Assembly: GCA_964448115.1 (NCBI GenBank)
Contig: CAYUVA010000027.1
Span: 1 to 60,211, forward strand
DNA from: an uncultured bacterium
GTDB lineage: Bacteria > CAYUVA01
Direction of reading: 5' to 3'
DNA length: 60,211 nucleotides
The notes under the pieces were generated by a model, which saw only the letters and a program-made list of their open reading frames with translations, was not told where the DNA came from and made no database searches. Positions 58,148 to 60,211 of the stretch are shown here, one piece after another (the stretch's first letter is position 1; every line of letters starts with the position of its first letter). The translations under genes and the position numbers were made by a program.

Positions 58148-60098
58148 CTATCGCTTCCTTGCTTTTTAACTGATTGTGCAATGTCTCTATCCTTTTTTTA
58201 GCTTCTTGGATATAGGGCATCTCCTTGGATGTTCTCGGCGCAACTTCTAGGTACTGATCCCAATAGTAGATTGCCTGGAATGCGCTAATCTGCTCGTAAG
58301 CCAGTGCCAGGTTGTAGTAAACCTTCGGGTTGTCCTTCTCGATGAAGCTCGCCTGTGCCAGTCGCTCGGCAGCGCTTCGGTACCTACCATGCTTCAAGTA
58401 CAAAGAACCAAGGTTATAAAGAGCCTTGAAGTAGTTCGGGTTAGCATCGACTGCCCGGATGAAATAATTTTCAGCTTTTTTTAAATCCCCTGCTTGCGCC
58501 CAATATGTGCCCAGATTGTTCAGTCCTTCTTGGAAGTTGGGATCGATTTCGACCGCCTTCTCCCAGGCATCTCGCGCTGACTCCCAGTCGCCCAGCTTCC
58601 TGTATTGCGCCCCTAGATTGTTCAACGCCTCGGTATAATCGGGATCTATCTTTAGCGCTTTTTGATAATATATTATGGAATCCTTGACCTCTCCCTTCTT
58701 TGCTAGTCCATAACCGATGTTGTAAAAAGACCTGGCATGGTTGTATTGCGCAGCATCATTCAAGGTCAATACAGCGAGGACTGAGGCAACGAGAAGCGCA
58801 AACAATAACTTGGCAACCTTGCCCTGGACAGCCTGCATGAACATCCACTCAATCCCCAATGCAGCCAGGATAATAAGTAATAATGTTAGCGGTTGTCGAT
58901 AGCGGGAATATACATGAAAAATAACCAGGGTCAGGGCATAGATTATGACCGATATGCGAAGCGGAGACAGCAGCCTCCAATTGCCAGCGGCGAATAGACC
59001 TATTCCACCTAGAATAAACATGGTTGACCAATTGATCAGCGGATTTGATAGAAGCATCGAGTATCGCTGGTAGAAAGAGAAATCATAGTTGTCCGGCACC
59101 TCCTTATGTCCCGCCAGGAGGAGAAACTTGCGCCAGAAGAGCTTCAAGGCTGTCTTGGGATTCTCGATTATGAACCGTTTACCTTGCTTCATCCAGTAAG
59201 CCGAGACCTGTTTATCGCTAAGTGCCCTGCCAGCTCTCTTTTCTGCAACATTCTTGAAGTCCTGGCGCTCGAAGCGAGGGGTCTTGCGTAAAAATGGCGG
59301 TCTTCCAGATGCCCCATCCGACCACGGATTGTTGCCGATATAGAAGTTCTGACCCGCTTGCGAGGTGATCAAGACAAACTCACCGCCAATATAATAATTC
59401 CTGGCTGTAACCGGTGTCAATGCCAGTAGCACACCGATGCCGAAGATAAATGCCTTGCCGAAGCTCTTGCTATACCACCAGAGCCATAGAAAGATAAAGG
59501 GTATTATGAGCATGAAATTGCCACGAGTCATGGTGAACAATCCGAATGCCACCCCGGTCAACAAAAGCTGGAGGAAACGCATGGTGTGCGCTGCCTCGTA
59601 TAGCAACAATAAAGCAAGCGATAGCAAAAACAAGCTAAGCGAGGTCTTGAGCAAAAAGCCATTGTAATAGATAAATGTAGGCATCAGCGCTGCAAGAAGC
59701 CCACCGACAAAGGCGATCCCCATGCTACTCAGCCGAATCAGTGTCCGATAGAGGAAATAGACCGTCAGTGTGCTAAGCAATGCCTGGATCACCTTAACAA
59801 TGATGATATTATGCCCAAAGATCATGTAAATGACCGCCAAGAAATAGGGATATAGCGGATCCTGGAAGAATGGACCCTCTCCTTGAAGCAGCCAATTTCC
59901 CTCCAGAAGACAAAGCGCGGTCTGATCATAGGATTCCTCATCGAGGATCGTCATATCGAAGATGGGATCAAAGCTAGCCTGGTAAAGATAAACCAAGCGC
60001 AGAGCCAGCGAAAGGAAAAGCAGCAACAAGCCAAGCGCGAAACGAAGATCCCAGTTGTTATCCGGGTTTTTACTTTTTTGTATTGAATTCAAGGTCAT
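58119..60098 (-). CDS. GT39/ArnT-like GT-C membrane protein with C-terminal TPR array
   Basis: LDEESYD, PLYPYFLA, PVTARNY, GQNFYIGNN, SRYRQP; 4-5 TPRs (ALNNLG, GLNNLG, ALYNLG, YYNLA). Confidence 0.85.
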   Translation of the reverse strand: MTLNSIQKSKNPDNNWDLRFALGLLLLFLSLALRLVYLYQASFDPIFDMTILDEESYDQTALCLLEGNWLLQGEGPFFQDPLYPYFLAVIYMIFGHNIIIVKVIQALLSTLTVYFLYRTLIRLSSMGIAFVGGLLAALMPTFIYYNGFLLKTSLSLFLLSLALLLLYEAAHTMRFLQLLLTGVAFGLFTMTRGNFMLIIPFIFLWLWWYSKSFGKAFIFGIGVLLALTPVTARNYYIGGEFVLITSQAGQNFYIGNNPWSDGASGRPPFLRKTPRFERQDFKNVAEKRAGRALSDKQVSAYWMKQGKRFIIENPKTALKLFWRKFLLLAGHKEVPDNYDFSFYQRYSMLLSNPLINWSTMFILGGIGLFAAGNWRLLSPLRISVIIYALTLVIFHVYSRYRQPLTLLLIILAALGIEWMFMQAVQGKVAKLLFALLVASVLAVLTLNDAAQYNHARSFYNIGYGLAKKGEVKDSIIYYQKALKIDPDYTEALNNLGAQYRKLGDWESARDAWEKAVEIDPNFQEGLNNLGTYWAQAGDLKKAENYFIRAVDANPNYFKALYNLGSLYLKHGRYRSAAERLAQASFIEKDNPKVYYNLALAYEQISAFQAIYYWDQYLEVAPRTSKEMPYIQEAKKRIETLHNQLKSKEAIDEDTSSSTQ

Positions 60099-60211
60099 CG
60101 ATCCGCCAACGCATTATAGCAGGCACAAGTAATCGAAGGAAGTGATAGAGTGATAAGCTGTGATTCAGACAGTAAATGCGTCATAAGTGGTTGATAATGA
60201 CCAAGAGTCTA

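Overview
Gene-dense chromosomal segment (about 50 CDS, moderate GC) from a diderm, probably anaerobic bacterium: it has FadL and another outer-membrane beta-barrel, sigma54/IHF promoter architecture, B12 enzymes and an Orange-protein-like cluster. I cannot assign the lineage. I found no rRNA, tRNA, CRISPR array, prophage or intact transposase. Core metabolism: a methylmalonyl-CoA/propionyl-CoA operon, serA-purA, argF, an AmgK-like kinase and a Zn/Mn ABC transporter. The strongest candidate for an undescribed system is an approx. 100-110 aa C-terminal domain (GY-x-x-T-x-L ... G-x-x-L-x-DDG-x-x-x-D ... LE ... WPYL-x-V/I) present four times in three otherwise unrelated signal-peptide proteins. 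Two of these proteins carry it together with Pro/Thr linkers and two lie next to GT-C glycosyltransferase genes, which suggests a lineage-specific surface-sorting/anchoring and glycosylation system. Other features of note: signalling domains lacking their catalytic or binding residues (pseudo-histidine kinase, pseudo-FHA, HPD-less J-domain), a TPR/DUF4388-MshEN/pseudopilin operon, two B12 radical SAM genes coupled to glycosyltransferases, a frameshifted hicA and a partial glycosyltransferase both missing from the ORF track, two decayed genes, and several REP-like intergenic repeat families. All family calls come from motif recognition by eye; no searches were run.
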